Shown piece by piece: positions 10,100-23,500 of a DNA stretch of 64,000 nt; positions within the stretch are counted from its first letter, which is position 1, and every line of letters starts with the position of its first letter. The stretch covers positions 31,494 through 95,493 of the forward strand of contig CAVKUS010000002.1 of NCBI GenBank assembly GCA_963659725.1, read 5' to 3'. Below the pieces are notes generated by a model, which ran no database searches, had not been told where the DNA came from, and worked only from the letters and a program-made list of their open reading frames with translations. Origin of the DNA: Bacteroides sp. CAG:545. GTDB lineage: Bacteria; Bacillota; Negativicutes; Acidaminococcales; Acidaminococcaceae. The translations under genes were made by a program, and so were the position numbers.

Positions 10100-11356
10100 T
10101 TATTTGCGCACCTGACCGTTACCGTTAATCAGATACTTCGTACTCGTAAGCTCCGGCAGCGCCATAGGTCCGCGGGCATGCAGCTTTTGTGTGCTGATGC
10201 CGATTTCCGCACCGAAGCCGAATTCGTTGCCGTCGGTAAAGCGGGTAGAGGCATTGACGTAAACAGCAGCAGCGTCCACGGTATATTGGAAAAGCTGTGC
10301 CGCCTGATAATTATCGGTAACAATACATTCGCTGTGACCGGTGCCGTATTTAGCAATATGAGCCATGGCCTCCTCAATGCTGTCCACAATCTTGACGGAA
10401 AGGCGCAAATCGCCGTATTCCGTAGACCAGTCTTCTTCAGTTGCCGGATGCACCTGACCGCTGTACTCCTGCACAGCTTCATCACCGCGTATTTCTACGG
10501 CGGAGGAATTATACATCATCAGCATCATCGGCAAAAATTTATCTGCGATATCCTTATGCACTAGCAATGTTTCCATCGCATTGCATACAGAAGGACGCTG
10601 CACCTTAGCGTTGAAGGCAATCTTCATCGCCATCTCCACATCTGCATCCTTGTCAACATAGGTATGGCATACGCCCGCACCTGTTTCGATAACCGGCACG
10701 CTGGCATTACGCACTACCGCCTGAATCAGGCCGGCACCGCCGCGAGGAATAACCACATCCACCAGGCCGTTCATATGGATTAAATCCTGCACAGCCTGTC
10801 TGTCACTGGTATCAACAAACTGAATAGAGCCGGCAGGAATACCTGCGCCCTCAGCAGCCTGCGCCAAAATCGCAGCCACAGTTTTATTGGACTCCATTGC
10901 CTCGCTGCCGCCCTTAAGGATAACAGCATTACCTGATTTCAGGCAAAGTCCTGCGGCATCCGCAGTAACGTTGGGACGTGCCTCGTAAATAATACCGATA
11001 ACACCTAAGGGAACGCGAATTTTAGTAATATGCAGACCGTTAGACAGAGTTTTGCCGTCAATAACATTCCCCACAGGATCAGCCAGGCCTGCTACCTGAC
11101 GCAGGCCGTCAGCCATACCGCTGATGCGCTCAGCAGTCAGCTTCAGACGGTCCAGCATTGAGCTTTTCATGTCCTTGGCTGCAGCCGCAGCCATGTCGCG
11201 CTCATTTGCAGCCAAGATTTCAGCCTGCTGTGCCTCCAGCGCAGCAGCCATCGCCAAAAGTGCCGCATTCTTAACTGCGGTAGAAGTAACGGCAAGCTTG
11301 GCAGCAGCCTGCTTCGCAGCCTGCGCCTTAGCCTGCACCAATTCATACGTTGCCAT
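10100..11356 (-). CDS. proA: Glutamate-5-semialdehyde dehydrogenase
   Basis: Full-length ProA-like sequence, including the catalytic-Cys region ...GHSECI... The start was moved to the ATG at 11356 (MATYEL...), which has an AGGGTGAG Shine-Dalgarno. The ORF-track start at 11365 is a GTG. Confidence 0.92.
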   Translation of the reverse strand: MATYELVQAKAQAAKQAAAKLAVTSTAVKNAALLAMAAALEAQQAEILAANERDMAAAAAKDMKSSMLDRLKLTAERISGMADGLRQVAGLADPVGNVIDGKTLSNGLHITKIRVPLGVIGIIYEARPNVTADAAGLCLKSGNAVILKGGSEAMESNKTVAAILAQAAEGAGIPAGSIQFVDTSDRQAVQDLIHMNGLVDVVIPRGGAGLIQAVVRNASVPVIETGAGVCHTYVDKDADVEMAMKIAFNAKVQRPSVCNAMETLLVHKDIADKFLPMMLMMYNSSAVEIRGDEAVQEYSGQVHPATEEDWSTEYGDLRLSVKIVDSIEEAMAHIAKYGTGHSECIVTDNYQAAQLFQYTVDAAAVYVNASTRFTDGNEFGFGAEIGISTQKLHARGPMALPELTSTKYLINGNGQVRK

Positions 11357-11371
11357 AATTCTCACCCTGCC

Positions 11372-12511
11372 TTATAAAATAACCAGGTCATCGCGGTGGA
11401 TAACCTCATCAAAATTTTTATGTCCCAGAATATTTGCAATCTCACCGGAATTGCAGCCCTTAATCTGCTCCAGCTCGGCAGAAGAATAATGCACTAAGCC
11501 GCGTGCCAGCTCATGCGCATCCTTGTCGATAACGCTCACCGTACTGCCCGGCAAAAATTCACCCTGCACGGCAAACACGCCTGCCGGCAAAATACTGCAG
11601 CCGCCGGCCTTGCGAACAGCCTTGGCACAGCCGTCATCCACAACAATACTGCCGGCGATTTTGGCGCCAAAGGCCAGCCAGCGCTTGCGGAACTGCAGAC
11701 GGTTTTCGCGGCTGACGAACAAGGTTCCCAGCTCTTCTCCCTGCAGCACACGTGTAATAGCGTTCTTTTCGGTACCGCTGGCAATCACCAGATGAATGCC
11801 GCTGCTTGTCGCAGCCTTGGCAGCCTGAATCTTGGTCGCCATACCGCCGGTACCGCGGGCAGAGCCTACGCCGCCGGCACTTGCTTCAATCTCCGGAGTG
11901 ATTTCCGCAACCTCAGGCACAATCACAGCATCCGGATGCGTTTGCGGATTAGCGGTATAAAGACCGTCTACATCCGAAAGAATGATAACAAGGTCAGCAT
12001 CCACAATGCCTGCAACCAGTGCCGACATATTATCGTTATCGCCGATTTTCAGCTCATCGAGTGCCACAACGTCATTTTCGTTGACAATAGGGATGACACG
12101 CTGACGCATCAGCTCCATAAAAGTATTACGTGTATTGGTATAGCGGTGGCGGTCAATGGCCTCTGTTTTAGTAATCAGCACCTGCGCCACAATCTGACCG
12201 TAATCAGCAAAGAATTTTTCGTAGGTGTGCATCAGAACGCCTTGGCCTACAGCAGCAGCAGCCTGCTTGCCGGGAATAGTTTTAGGCTTGCCCGGCAAGC
12301 CCATACGGTCCACGCCCACAGCCACAGCACCGCTGGTAACCAGAATCATTTCCTTGCCCTGATTCTGCAAATCGCTGATTTCACGTGCCAGACGATCAAT
12401 CTGACTAAAATTGCGCTTGCCGTTGACATAGGTAATCGTGCTCGTACCAACCTTAATGACAATACGCTTAGCCTTTTTTAAAGCCTCACGGCTTGCTTCA
12501 TTGTTTAACAT
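11372..12511 (-). CDS. proB: Glutamate 5-kinase with a C-terminal PUA domain
   Basis: 379 aa with RIVIKVGTS..., the amino-acid kinase fold and a PUA tail. GGTGAGGGG Shine-Dalgarno. Confidence 0.92.
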   Translation of the reverse strand: MLNNEASREALKKAKRIVIKVGTSTITYVNGKRNFSQIDRLAREISDLQNQGKEMILVTSGAVAVGVDRMGLPGKPKTIPGKQAAAAVGQGVLMHTYEKFFADYGQIVAQVLITKTEAIDRHRYTNTRNTFMELMRQRVIPIVNENDVVALDELKIGDNDNMSALVAGIVDADLVIILSDVDGLYTANPQTHPDAVIVPEVAEITPEIEASAGGVGSARGTGGMATKIQAAKAATSSGIHLVIASGTEKNAITRVLQGEELGTLFVSRENRLQFRKRWLAFGAKIAGSIVVDDGCAKAVRKAGGCSILPAGVFAVQGEFLPGSTVSVIDKDAHELARGLVHYSSAELEQIKGCNSGEIANILGHKNFDEVIHRDDLVIL

Positions 12512-12527
12512 TTCCCCTCACCTGCAG

Positions 12528-12677
12528 TTCTAGTTTTTTTATTTTGTGCGTTATCCGCAATCCATCTCTTTCGCCAAGGGCGCAGAGAATGTGTCGGATG
12601 CTAAATGAAATTGACGACGGCGTACTCCTCATACGTCGAGGAGGATTCGTGACGCAGATGATGCATTATCTGCGTCC

Positions 12678-12678
<1 letters not shown>
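12528..12678. repeat. Single copy of the intergenic repeat family (core 12613-12625)
   Basis: Shares ctagttttttat, gtgtc(g/a)ga, gacgacggcgtact and gcagatg..tta modules with the 1466-1745 array and with the copy at 14094-14236. Confidence 0.8.
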
Positions 12679-13970
<1,292 letters not shown>

Positions 13971-14093
13971 TTAGCTATTGCTAGGTATATTTATCTATAT
14001 TATAGCTTATCTTGCAGGAAAAGTGCAACGTGAGAACAATCAAATCCGCAGAAAAGCTTTGAGTTTGCGAAGATTTCACTTTCTGTTGGTATA

Positions 14094-14236
14094 ATGCAGA
14101 TGGTGCGTTAGCTACAGCCGCTATTATTTCAAGGCAACAGATAATGTGCCAGATGCTAAATGAAGTTGACGAAGGCGTACTTCTTGTACGTCTAGGAAAC
14201 TTCATGACGCAGATGGTGCGTTAGCTGTAGCCGCAC
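14094..14236. repeat. Copy of the intergenic repeat family (core 14168-14180) flanked by a 26-nt direct repeat
   Basis: gcagatggtgcgttagct(a/g)cagccgc occurs at 14096-14121 and 14209-14234, bracketing gatgctaaatgaagttgacgaaggcgtac.... Confidence 0.85.
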
Positions 14237-14309
14237 CTAAAAAGACGTGCCTGCAGCCTATAAAAAGCCACAAGCACGTCTATATAAAGAAAAAGGAGAA
14301 CCTTATTAC

Positions 14310-15779
14310 TTATTTCTGCAAAAATTTATCAACTGCATGGGCGGCGCCACGCCCTTCGGCAATAGCCCACACCACCAGGCTCTGCCCGCGACGTGCGTCA
14401 CCGGCAGCAAACACACCGGGTACATTGGTCGCATAGCTGCTGTCATCAGCTGCTATACTGCCGTTAGGAGCCTTCGCCAACTTAAATTCCTCGAACAAGC
14501 GCTCCTCACTGCCCACAAAGCCCATAGCCAGCAGCACTAGCTGTGCCGGGGCAATGCGCTCTGTACCGGGGATATCTGTCGGCACACTGCGCCCATTCAC
14601 CTGCTTCCATTCGTTTTGGCACAAGCGCAGACCGCTAACCTTGCCGTCCTCACCGATGAATTCCTTGGTAGTAATGCAGAATTCACGCGGGTCCTGCTTA
14701 AATTTATGGATAGCCTCCTCCTGACCGTAATCCGTTTTAAAAATACGCGGGAACTGCGGCCAAGGATTATCTGCTGTGCGGCTGTGCGGCAGACAGGGTG
14801 TAATTTCTATCTGACGCACGCTGCGACAACCCTGACGGATAGCTGTTGCCAGGCAATCGTTGCCGGTATCACCGCCGCCGATGATAACAACATCCTTATC
14901 CTTGGCATCAATAGCCAGTCCATCCTTCAGATTACTGTTCAGCAGACTTTTGGTTACGCTTTCCAGATAATCCTTAGCGAAATAAATACCCTCCAGCTTG
15001 CGTCCGGCAATTGGTAAATCACGCGGCACTGTCGCACCGGTGCACAGCACTACGGCATCATGTTCCTCCAATAATGTGCTGGAGGCAAGCTTTACGCCAA
15101 CCTCGCTGTTTAAGACAAAGTTTACACCGCTGTCCTCCATCAGTTTGACGCGACGTTCTACCAGCTTTTTATCCAGCTTCATGTTAGGAACACCATACAT
15201 CAAAAGTCCACCGGCACGGTCGGCACGCTCGTATACAGTAACGCTGTGACCTGCCTTATTCAGCTCATCGGCACAGGCAAGGCCTGCAGGGCCGCTGCCG
15301 ATAACAGCAACCTTTTTTCCGCTGCGCTTCGCAGGCTTATTGGGCTTTACCAAGCCATGCTCGAAGGCGTTTTCAATAATATATTGCTCAATGTTGCGAA
15401 TGGTAACCGGGTTATTCACCAGACCTGCATTACAGGCACCCTCACAGGGAGCCGGGCAGACATGGGAGGTAAATTCCGGGAAATTGTTGGTTTTATTAAG
15501 ACGGGCATAAGCATAATCATCCATCCCGTGATAAACAAGGTCGTTGAATTCCGGCATCAGGTTATGCAACGGACAGCCGGAAACCATACGGTTAATCATC
15601 ACACCGCTATGACAAAAGGGAACGCCGCAATCCATGCAGCGCGCTGCCTGGCAGCGCAGCGCTTCCTTATGCGGCAGGCTGCTCGTCTTAATTTCCTGCC
15701 AATCCTTAATTCTTTCTTCGGGGGCACGCAAAGCAAGCTCCGCACGCTTGTAATCCATAAATCCTGTTGGCTTACCCAT
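14310..15779 (-). CDS. gltD: Glutamate synthase (NADPH) small subunit
   Basis: 489 aa with an N-terminal Fe-S Cys cluster (CMDCGVPFC) and the FAD/NAD dinucleotide folds VAVIGSGPAGL and VVIIGGGDTG. Its start overlaps the gltB stop (TAATG). Confidence 0.93.
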   Translation of the reverse strand: MGKPTGFMDYKRAELALRAPEERIKDWQEIKTSSLPHKEALRCQAARCMDCGVPFCHSGVMINRMVSGCPLHNLMPEFNDLVYHGMDDYAYARLNKTNNFPEFTSHVCPAPCEGACNAGLVNNPVTIRNIEQYIIENAFEHGLVKPNKPAKRSGKKVAVIGSGPAGLACADELNKAGHSVTVYERADRAGGLLMYGVPNMKLDKKLVERRVKLMEDSGVNFVLNSEVGVKLASSTLLEEHDAVVLCTGATVPRDLPIAGRKLEGIYFAKDYLESVTKSLLNSNLKDGLAIDAKDKDVVIIGGGDTGNDCLATAIRQGCRSVRQIEITPCLPHSRTADNPWPQFPRIFKTDYGQEEAIHKFKQDPREFCITTKEFIGEDGKVSGLRLCQNEWKQVNGRSVPTDIPGTERIAPAQLVLLAMGFVGSEERLFEEFKLAKAPNGSIAADDSSYATNVPGVFAAGDARRGQSLVVWAIAEGRGAAHAVDKFLQK

Positions 15780-18700
15780 TATGCCTTCACCTCCTCAAAT
15801 ACCTTCAGGGTGGCAGCGTCCGCGCTCATTCCCTGCTGCAGATACTCATTAAGCTTCTGCGTAACAAGCTTATATTCTTTAGGGATAACCTTAACAAATT
15901 TATCCTGATACTTATCCCAGTTATCCAAAATCTCTAAAGCCAGCTTACTGCCGGTATGCTCTGCATGCTGCAGCAGCATTTTCTTTACCGTCAGGCTGTC
16001 GCCGATTGCTTCCAGCTTTTCCAACAGCACGATTTCTTTATTGCAGTAGGTGGCAAAATCTCCCTGCATATCCAAAACATAGGCCGTGCCACCGCTCATG
16101 CCGGCAGCAAAATTACGTCCTGTGCGTCCCAAAATAACTACTGTACCGCCGGTCATATATTCACAGCCATGGTCACCCACACCTTCAACAACAGCGTTCA
16201 CGCCGCTGTTACGGATGCAGAAGCGTTCACCGGCAGTACCGCTGATATACGCTTCACCGCTCGTCGCACCATAGAAGGCAACGTTGCCGATAATAACATT
16301 TTCATGCGGATTAAAACGTGCCTCGCTGTCAGGATAGATAATCAGATTGCCGCCTGAAAGTCCCTTGCCTACATGATCATTGGCATCGCCCTCCAGCTCC
16401 AGCGTAACGCCCTTAGGCAGAAAGGCGCCAAAGCTTTGGCCGGCACTGCCCTTGAAGTGCAGGTTGATGGTGTCGGCAGGCAGTCCCTCGGCGCCGTAGC
16501 GACGGGTAATTTCACTGCCCAGAATAGTGCCGACAACGCGGTCCGTATTCTTAATCGGCAGTGTAATCGAAACAGGCTTTTTAGTTTCCAGATTACTGCG
16601 GCAGATATCCAACAGCTCACGCATATCAAGCGATTTTTCCAGCTGGTGGTTCTGCTTTTTAGTGCAAACCTGGCTGGCACCCGGCTCAACCTCCGGCTTA
16701 TACAGCAGCGGTGCCAAATCCAGATTCTTATTCTTCCAGTTGCGCTCCTCTGCCGGCTTAGGCAGCAGTACCTCAGTACGGCCGACCATCTCATCGATAG
16801 TACGGAAGCCGAGCATCGCCATATACTCACGAACCTCCTGCGCAATGAAGTGCATGAAGTTGACAACATATTCCGGCTTACCGTGGAAATTCTTGCGCAG
16901 CTCCGGATCCTGCGTTGCCACGCCCATCGGGCAGGTATTAAGATTGCATACACGCATCATGATGCAGCCGATAGCTACCAACGGTGCTGTTGCAAAGCCG
17001 AATTCTTCCGCACCCAGCAGAGCGGCGATAATAACATCGCGTCCTGTCATCAGCTTGCCGTCTGTTTCCAGTGTTACACGGTCACGCAGATTATTCAGCA
17101 GCAGCGTCTGGTGCGTTTCCATAAGTCCCAGCTCCCACGGCAATCCGGCATGGTTGATGGAAGTACGCGGAGAAGCACCGGTACCGCCGTCATAACCGCT
17201 GATAAGCACAACATCAGCACAGGCCTTAACTACGCCGGCAGCAATCGTACCGACACCCACCTCACTTACCAGTTTGACGCTGATGCGGGCACGAGGATTA
17301 GCATTCTTCAGGTCGTGAATCAGCTCAGCCAAATCTTCAATGGAATAGATATCATGATGAGGCGGAGGTGAAATCAGGCCAATGCCTGCCGTTGTACCGC
17401 GGCATTCGGCAATCCAGGGATAAACCTTGCCGCCCGGCAGCTGTCCGCCTTCACCCGGTTTAGCACCCTGAGCAATTTTGATCTGGATTTCGTCCGCATT
17501 GACAAGATAATTGCTGGTCACGCCAAAACGCCCGCTGGCAACCTGCTTAATCGCACTGCGCTTGTTGTCACCATTAGGCAGCGGCGCAAAACGGTTGGGA
17601 TTCTCGCCGCCTTCGCCGGTATTGCTCTTACCGCCGATACGGTTCATGGCAATAGCCAAGCATTCATGCGCCTCCTGGCTCAAAGAGCCGTAGCTCATAG
17701 CACCGGTCTTAAAGCGATGACAAATGCTTTCTACAGATTCTACCTCGTCAATATTTACCGGCAGACGCTGCGGTGTAAAGGTCAGCATACTGCGCAGATT
17801 CTGGTTGGCAAAGGCACTGCCGCGCAGCTGCTTGCTAAACTCCTTAAAGAGCTTATAATCACCTGTCTTGCAGGCCTGCTGCAGCTTGACAATTGTTTCC
17901 GGATTAAGCATATGCTGCTCACCGCCGTTACGCCATTGATAATGAGAGCCTGATTCATAGCTGAAAAGGTCAATGTTTTGCTCGGCAAACGCAGGCTCAT
18001 GACGCATGGCAACCTCTCTGGCAATCTCGTCCAATCCGATGCCTTCAAGACGCGACGGAGTTCCTGTAAAATATTCTTCGATAACAGCGCTGCTGATACC
18101 GATGGCTTCAAAAATCTGTGCGCCACGATAGGACTGTACAGTAGAAATACCCATCTTCGACAGGATTTTAGCAATACCATGAGTGCAGGCGCTGATATAA
18201 TTTTCAGCAGCCTTTTCGAAGCTGATATCCAGCATTCCGTCAGCACACATATGCTCCAGGCTTTCAAAAGCAAGATACGGATTGATACCGCTGACGCCAT
18301 AGCCTAAAAGCAACGCCATATGATGTACCTCACGCGGCTCAGCAGATTCTATGATAATTGATGCGCGCAGACGCGTACCGTTTTTAATCAGATGATGATG
18401 CAGACCTGCACCTGCCAGCAAGGCAGGAACTGCTGCCATTTCTTTAGTAATGCCGCGGTCGGATAAAATTAAAATACACTTTCCTTCCGCAATATATTTA
18501 TCAGCAGCAGCAAAGATTGCATCCAACGCCTGCTTTAAGCCGGCACCGCCGTCAGCAACCTTGTAAAGCATAGGTATTGTTGCTGCCTCGAAATTAGGAA
18601 TATTCTTAAGCTTAGCAAGCTCAATATTGCTTAACACAGGAGATTCGGCCGAAATCTGGTGGCAGCTTTCCGGCTGCGGATCAATCAGATTCAGTTCCGG

Positions 18701-20359
18701 ACCGATACCACTGGTTGTATCCGTGAAAACCTCCTCACGAATAGCATCAATCGGCGGATTTGTTACCTGCGCAAAAAGCTGTTTAAAATAATTATATAAG
18801 AGCTGCGGCTTTTCGCTGAGCACTGCTAGAGGTGCATCATTGCCCATTGCTCCCAACGGGTCAATACCCTTCTGCGCCATAGGACGTAAAAACTTAGTCA
18901 AATCCTCCAACGTATAGCCAAATGCACGCTGACGCTGCATAAGTGTCTGAGAATCTGTCACCGGCAGCTCACTCTTAAGCGGAATATTTTTCAGCTTGAT
19001 AGAATTTTCTTCCAGCCATTTATGATACGGATGCTCGCAGGCAATTTGGTGCTTAATCTCATCATTGCCGATAATGCGTCCCTGCTCCGTGTCAATCACC
19101 AGCATACGTCCGGGACGCAGGCGGTCTTTTTTGACAATAGTTGCCGGGTCAATATCTACGACACCAACCTCAGATGCGAGAACAATAGTATCATCATTTG
19201 TAATATAATAACGCGACGGTCTGAGACCGTTGCGGTCCAAAGCAGCACAAATAGTACGGCCATCCGTAAAAGCCATAGCAGCAGGTCCGTCCCATGCCTC
19301 AATCAGCGAATTATGATATTCGAAGAAGGCCTTCAGGTCATCATCCAGATGCGGATTTTTGCCCCACGGCTCAGGAATCATCATCATGACAGCATGCGGC
19401 AGACTGCGTCCGCTCATCAGCAAAAATTCCAAAACATTGTCGAACATGCCGGAATCGGAACCGGTTTCGTCAACAATCGGCATAACCTTCTGGATATCAT
19501 TACCCCAAAGACTGTTGCCGCACATCGTCTGGCGCGCACGCATCCAGTTGATATTACCGCGCAATGTATTTATTTCACCATTATGCATCAGGTAACGATA
19601 GGGATGAGCACGCTCCCAGCTGGGGAAGGTATTCGTGCTGAAGCGGGAATGGACCAAAGCCATTGCCGTTTCAATCGAGCTGTCCTCCATATCGGCATAA
19701 AATGTTCGCAGCTGTTGTGTTGTAAGCATGCCCTTATAGACAATAGTACGTGATGACAGACTTGAAACATAAAAGTACTTGCCGCCGCGCAGCTTGCCGT
19801 AACGGATATAATTCTCGGCCTCACGGCGGATGCAGTACAGCTTGCGCTCAAAAGCATTATCATCAATATCCATGCGGTCCAGGACATCAGCCGACGGACG
19901 GATAAAAACCTGTGCCATAAAAGGCATGCTTTGGCGTGATTTTTCACCTAAAACCTCCGGATGCACCGGTACCTTACGCCAGGCAATAATTCCCTGACCA
20001 TTCGCTTCGACAATGCGTTCAAAGTGGCGCTGAACATTTTCTCTTTCTACAACATCCGGTGGCAGAAAAATAAAACCTACGGCATATTTTCCTGCTTCCG
20101 GCAGCTCCACATCCTGCTTAGCGCATTCCTTGACAAAAAAGTTATGCGGAATCTGCAGCAGCACACCGGCACCGTCACCGGAGTTCATATCTGCTCCCTG
20201 ACCGCCGCGATGGTCCATGTTATGCAGAACCACCAGAGCCTGTCTTAAAATTTTATTAGACTTCTTGCCCTTAATATTGGCAACTACACCAACACCGCAG
20301 GCATCGTGTTCAAACCAAGGATCATACAATCCCTGTTTCTTGGGCAGCGAAGTATTCAT
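15779..20359 (-). CDS. gltB: Glutamate synthase large subunit
   Basis: N-terminal amidotransferase with ...HDACGVG..., followed by FMN and GXGXG domains. The start was moved to the ATG at 20359 ([10 protein letters not shown]...), which has a GAGGGG Shine-Dalgarno 7-8 nt upstream. The ORF-track start at 20377 is a TTG. Confidence 0.95.
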   Translation of the reverse strand: MNTSLPKKQGLYDPWFEHDACGVGVVANIKGKKSNKILRQALVVLHNMDHRGGQGADMNSGDGAGVLLQIPHNFFVKECAKQDVELPEAGKYAVGFIFLPPDVVERENVQRHFERIVEANGQGIIAWRKVPVHPEVLGEKSRQSMPFMAQVFIRPSADVLDRMDIDDNAFERKLYCIRREAENYIRYGKLRGGKYFYVSSLSSRTIVYKGMLTTQQLRTFYADMEDSSIETAMALVHSRFSTNTFPSWERAHPYRYLMHNGEINTLRGNINWMRARQTMCGNSLWGNDIQKVMPIVDETGSDSGMFDNVLEFLLMSGRSLPHAVMMMIPEPWGKNPHLDDDLKAFFEYHNSLIEAWDGPAAMAFTDGRTICAALDRNGLRPSRYYITNDDTIVLASEVGVVDIDPATIVKKDRLRPGRMLVIDTEQGRIIGNDEIKHQIACEHPYHKWLEENSIKLKNIPLKSELPVTDSQTLMQRQRAFGYTLEDLTKFLRPMAQKGIDPLGAMGNDAPLAVLSEKPQLLYNYFKQLFAQVTNPPIDAIREEVFTDTTSGIGPELNLIDPQPESCHQISAESPVLSNIELAKLKNIPNFEAATIPMLYKVADGGAGLKQALDAIFAAADKYIAEGKCILILSDRGITKEMAAVPALLAGAGLHHHLIKNGTRLRASIIIESAEPREVHHMALLLGYGVSGINPYLAFESLEHMCADGMLDISFEKAAENYISACTHGIAKILSKMGISTVQSYRGAQIFEAIGISSAVIEEYFTGTPSRLEGIGLDEIAREVAMRHEPAFAEQNIDLFSYESGSHYQWRNGGEQHMLNPETIVKLQQACKTGDYKLFKEFSKQLRGSAFANQNLRSMLTFTPQRLPVNIDEVESVESICHRFKTGAMSYGSLSQEAHECLAIAMNRIGGKSNTGEGGENPNRFAPLPNGDNKRSAIKQVASGRFGVTSNYLVNADEIQIKIAQGAKPGEGGQLPGGKVYPWIAECRGTTAGIGLISPPPHHDIYSIEDLAELIHDLKNANPRARISVKLVSEVGVGTIAAGVVKACADVVLISGYDGGTGASPRTSINHAGLPWELGLMETHQTLLLNNLRDRVTLETDGKLMTGRDVIIAALLGAEEFGFATAPLVAIGCIMMRVCNLNTCPMGVATQDPELRKNFHGKPEYVVNFMHFIAQEVREYMAMLGFRTIDEMVGRTEVLLPKPAEERNWKNKNLDLAPLLYKPEVEPGASQVCTKKQNHQLEKSLDMRELLDICRSNLETKKPVSITLPIKNTDRVVGTILGSEITRRYGAEGLPADTINLHFKGSAGQSFGAFLPKGVTLELEGDANDHVGKGLSGGNLIIYPDSEARFNPHENVIIGNVAFYGATSGEAYISGTAGERFCIRNSGVNAVVEGVGDHGCEYMTGGTVVILGRTGRNFAAGMSGGTAYVLDMQGDFATYCNKEIVLLEKLEAIGDSLTVKKMLLQHAEHTGSKLALEILDNWDKYQDKFVKVIPKEYKLVTQKLNEYLQQGMSADAATLKVFEEVKA

Positions 20360-20452
20360 AATAAATTCCCCTCTCAAAGCATTTTATCAGTAAATCTATT
20401 AACAGTTCTATTAGTGTTTCTATTAAAGACCACCACGTCAACTGTAATTTTA

Positions 20453-20481
20453 ATTATAATACCACACCATTATGATTGCAA
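20453..20481 (-). promoter_or_regulatory. Candidate sigma70-type promoter for gltBD
   Basis: Minus strand reads TTGCAA-17 nt-TATAAT, about 95 nt upstream of the gltB ATG. Confidence 0.4.
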
Positions 20482-20535
20482 ATTGTATACATGTATATTT
20501 TAAAATTCACCTCTCGTACTATACACACAGTAACA

Positions 20536-20580
20536 AAACATAAATTATACTACACCATGGCAGTAGTATAATTTATGTTT
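20536..20580. terminator. Bidirectional intrinsic terminator (perfect 18-bp inverted repeat)
   Basis: The stem is aaacataaattatactac / gtagtataatttatgttt with a 9-nt loop and A/T runs on both sides. It lies 20 nt downstream of the helicase stop. Confidence 0.75.
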
Positions 20581-20599
20581 TCATGTCCAACAGCATCTA

Positions 20600-23500
20600 T
20601 TACTTCTTTTTGCTTTTACGAGGTATAAATCTACCTTCTTCCAAAGTATACTTCGTCTGCTTCGTATAATCATCATTAGAGCAAACAAAGTAACTTCCAT
20701 ACCTACTATATCTCTTTAATATGTAACGTGTTACCCCATAAAGCTTCTTGCAATCATCACAGATTTGAAAAACAGGCGCATTATTATAATCAGCATAGGA
20801 ATGCTTTCCGCTAGAACATTTCCAATAACTCTCTTCACCATCTACTCTTCGTAAAGCTGTTTTGCAAATTGGACAAACAAGTTCTTTTTTGCTTAAAGCC
20901 AAAGCTTTCTTGACGCAACTGCACTGCTTATCTGTTTTCAAACAATCTGCTTTCGCCACTGGAACAGCATCAGCTATATGCTTTTCCCTAATCGAGCTTG
21001 CAGAAGCTGCGCAATTTTTCTCTTTTAATGCATTACTTACTTCCTCCCAACTAAGTACACTCTGCCTATCTTTAAGAATATGATACATTTTATAGACAGG
21101 TCCGTTTTCGCCCTGCTTAGCCCAGGCGTCCTCGAACTGAGCCACAACATAAAAACGATTTTTTGCTCGAGTTGCTGCAACGTTAACAATATTATTATTA
21201 ACCCACTTAATCGCACCCTCTGAACCCTTTTGATTATCACATCCTAACAGGAAGATAACCTCAGCAGCCTCTTTGCCTTGGAAAGTGTGTACAGTGCCAA
21301 TTTTATTATTCATATTATAATTAGGCCGCTTCTTTTTAAGAAATGCTTTAATTCCTTTTACAACCGAAGTAAACGGACTAATAATGTAGATTGAAGGATT
21401 GCCGTGTTTGGAAACGTCTTCATCGTTATATGAATTTGCAAAAGCTCTATCAAGCAACTCACAAACTATAGCAGCGTGCGCCTCAACAAAATGATTCTTA
21501 TTGCCAATTTCAGCACCGGCAGCCTCTATCCACAATGATTTTTCAAATATAACCGGTTTATTTTTTACCGGCGTACTTTTCTTCATAATACCGTTATAAG
21601 AAATTTCATTGGAGATATCAAACATAGGACTTATGCAGCGTCTATGCACCAGCAGAGGACAGCCAAGCCATTCGTATTGCTCATTTTCCGCATCATACAT
21701 GTAAGTGCCTATCTTATTTATTAAATCAGCACATCTCTGAACGGAAATGGTTTTATCCTTATACGGAGTATATTTCTCTTCATGAAAAAGTCGTCTTAAA
21801 ATGTCCAACTCATCGGTAACAACAGGCTCCACCTGCTTAGGATCGCCCACGATAATTGCTTTGCGCGCTCTTAACAAGCTACCAACAGCCATCTGTGGCT
21901 GTGCCTGTCCCGATTCATCAACAATCAACAAGCCAAAGAGATTGCGTTCAGGTAAATCCTTGAAGAATCTTTGTACAGAAGCAAAGGTAGAGGAAATTAC
22001 GGGTACAAGCAAAAATAACGTCTGATAGGCAGCTCTTGCAATTACAGCTTTATCAGTAGCATTAAACTTTAACGGCTGTCCAGCAAATTTGCCTGTCCAC
22101 AGAGCCTCCAAAAACTTAAGATTTGTCTGACATTCAAACGAAGCCAAAACAAAAGTTTCAATAACTCTCAAAGCACAATATAATAGTTTTTCTCTCTGCC
22201 TGTCATATTCAGGAATAAACCAGGGATCCTGCGTCTGCGCCCCTTTATAGAATTCATCACCCTTAGGTTCAAAACGTTCTAAAACTCTATCTACAAATCC
22301 TTCATCGACATAAACAACCTTCTCATGCTTCTGCTTAAATTTCTCTAAAAACTTCTTAGCAGCATCTTTTTCGCTTACGGAAGCTTCTGAAGTACAAATC
22401 CGCGCCATCCGGCAACACTCCTGCAAGTCTTTGCGCAACCTGAGAACCTTATCTCTTTGTAAATTATAAGCAGTAGCAGCATCTCTAAAATTGTTCTTAT
22501 CATGTCCTTCGCCGTCTTTGGAATAACGCTGGAGAATCTTTTTCAGCGCCTTCCATAAAAACTCATTAATATTTTTCTTTTTTCCTAAGGGCGCAGCAAT
22601 TAACCCCCAGATATCCGGATTGCCCTTTTCATCTCGCAAATCAAATAAGCTTATAGCCTCATCAGTAAAATAAACATCTTTGACCATCTGCGTAGCTTCC
22701 TGCTCAGACCCTTTGCCATCTGCTTTTTCATTAGCAGGCTTTGGCGAAACCTCTGCCGAAGAATCTTCAGCCAAAGTCACTGTAAACAAGTCCTTAATGT
22801 GTTCATCCTTGATATCACCTAAAAGCTTACTTTGCTGAGGCAGCTCCTTGCTTATATTCTCCACAGCCGTATTATTACAAGAAGTCACCAAAATACTGTA
22901 ATCATTGAGTTTATCCGCTTTATCATTAAATAGATGGCATTCTGTATCTACATGCTCTCCATATAACTCACTAAGCTTATGCGGCTTAAAAGCCTGCTCA
23001 GGATCATTAAGCTGAGCAAGAACATTAGCCTTTTCGATAATACAATGCACAATAATTTCTTTTAATAAGGTAGTTTTGCCAGTACCAGGAGGCCCGTTGA
23101 CAGAAAAAATATTTTTTTCATCAAAACCATCTTTTCTTTCAATAATGCTAACCATATTATTGATAGCAATTTGCTGAGTAAGGGACGGACTGAATTTGGA
23201 AGGCCACTTGCCTAAAGGTGCTTTTTCTACATCCAAAATATACTGTAAATATCGCAGTAGTTCCCCATGATCAGAATTTACTATATCTATGCGTTTAACA
23301 TCTGAACGTTTCAAATTTTTTGGTGTATGCACCATTTCACTATAAGCGCTAGTTATATAATTAACAAGATCAACAGTAGTTACAGCTTTATTTTGCAGAG
23401 TTTGTAATGCCAAATTCAAATCATCGCAGAAAAAACTATTGAAAAGTGGCATATAATCGTTGTCATCTTCTACATCTTCACCGCTAGAGCACAATTTATA

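Noticed and set aside
9783-10100. A 320-nt intergenic region upstream of the hypothetical membrane protein gene, considered as a possible riboswitch or leader
   Set aside because: Apart from the proA terminator hairpin, I see no conserved riboswitch core or T-box element. It is most simply a terminator plus a promoter region.
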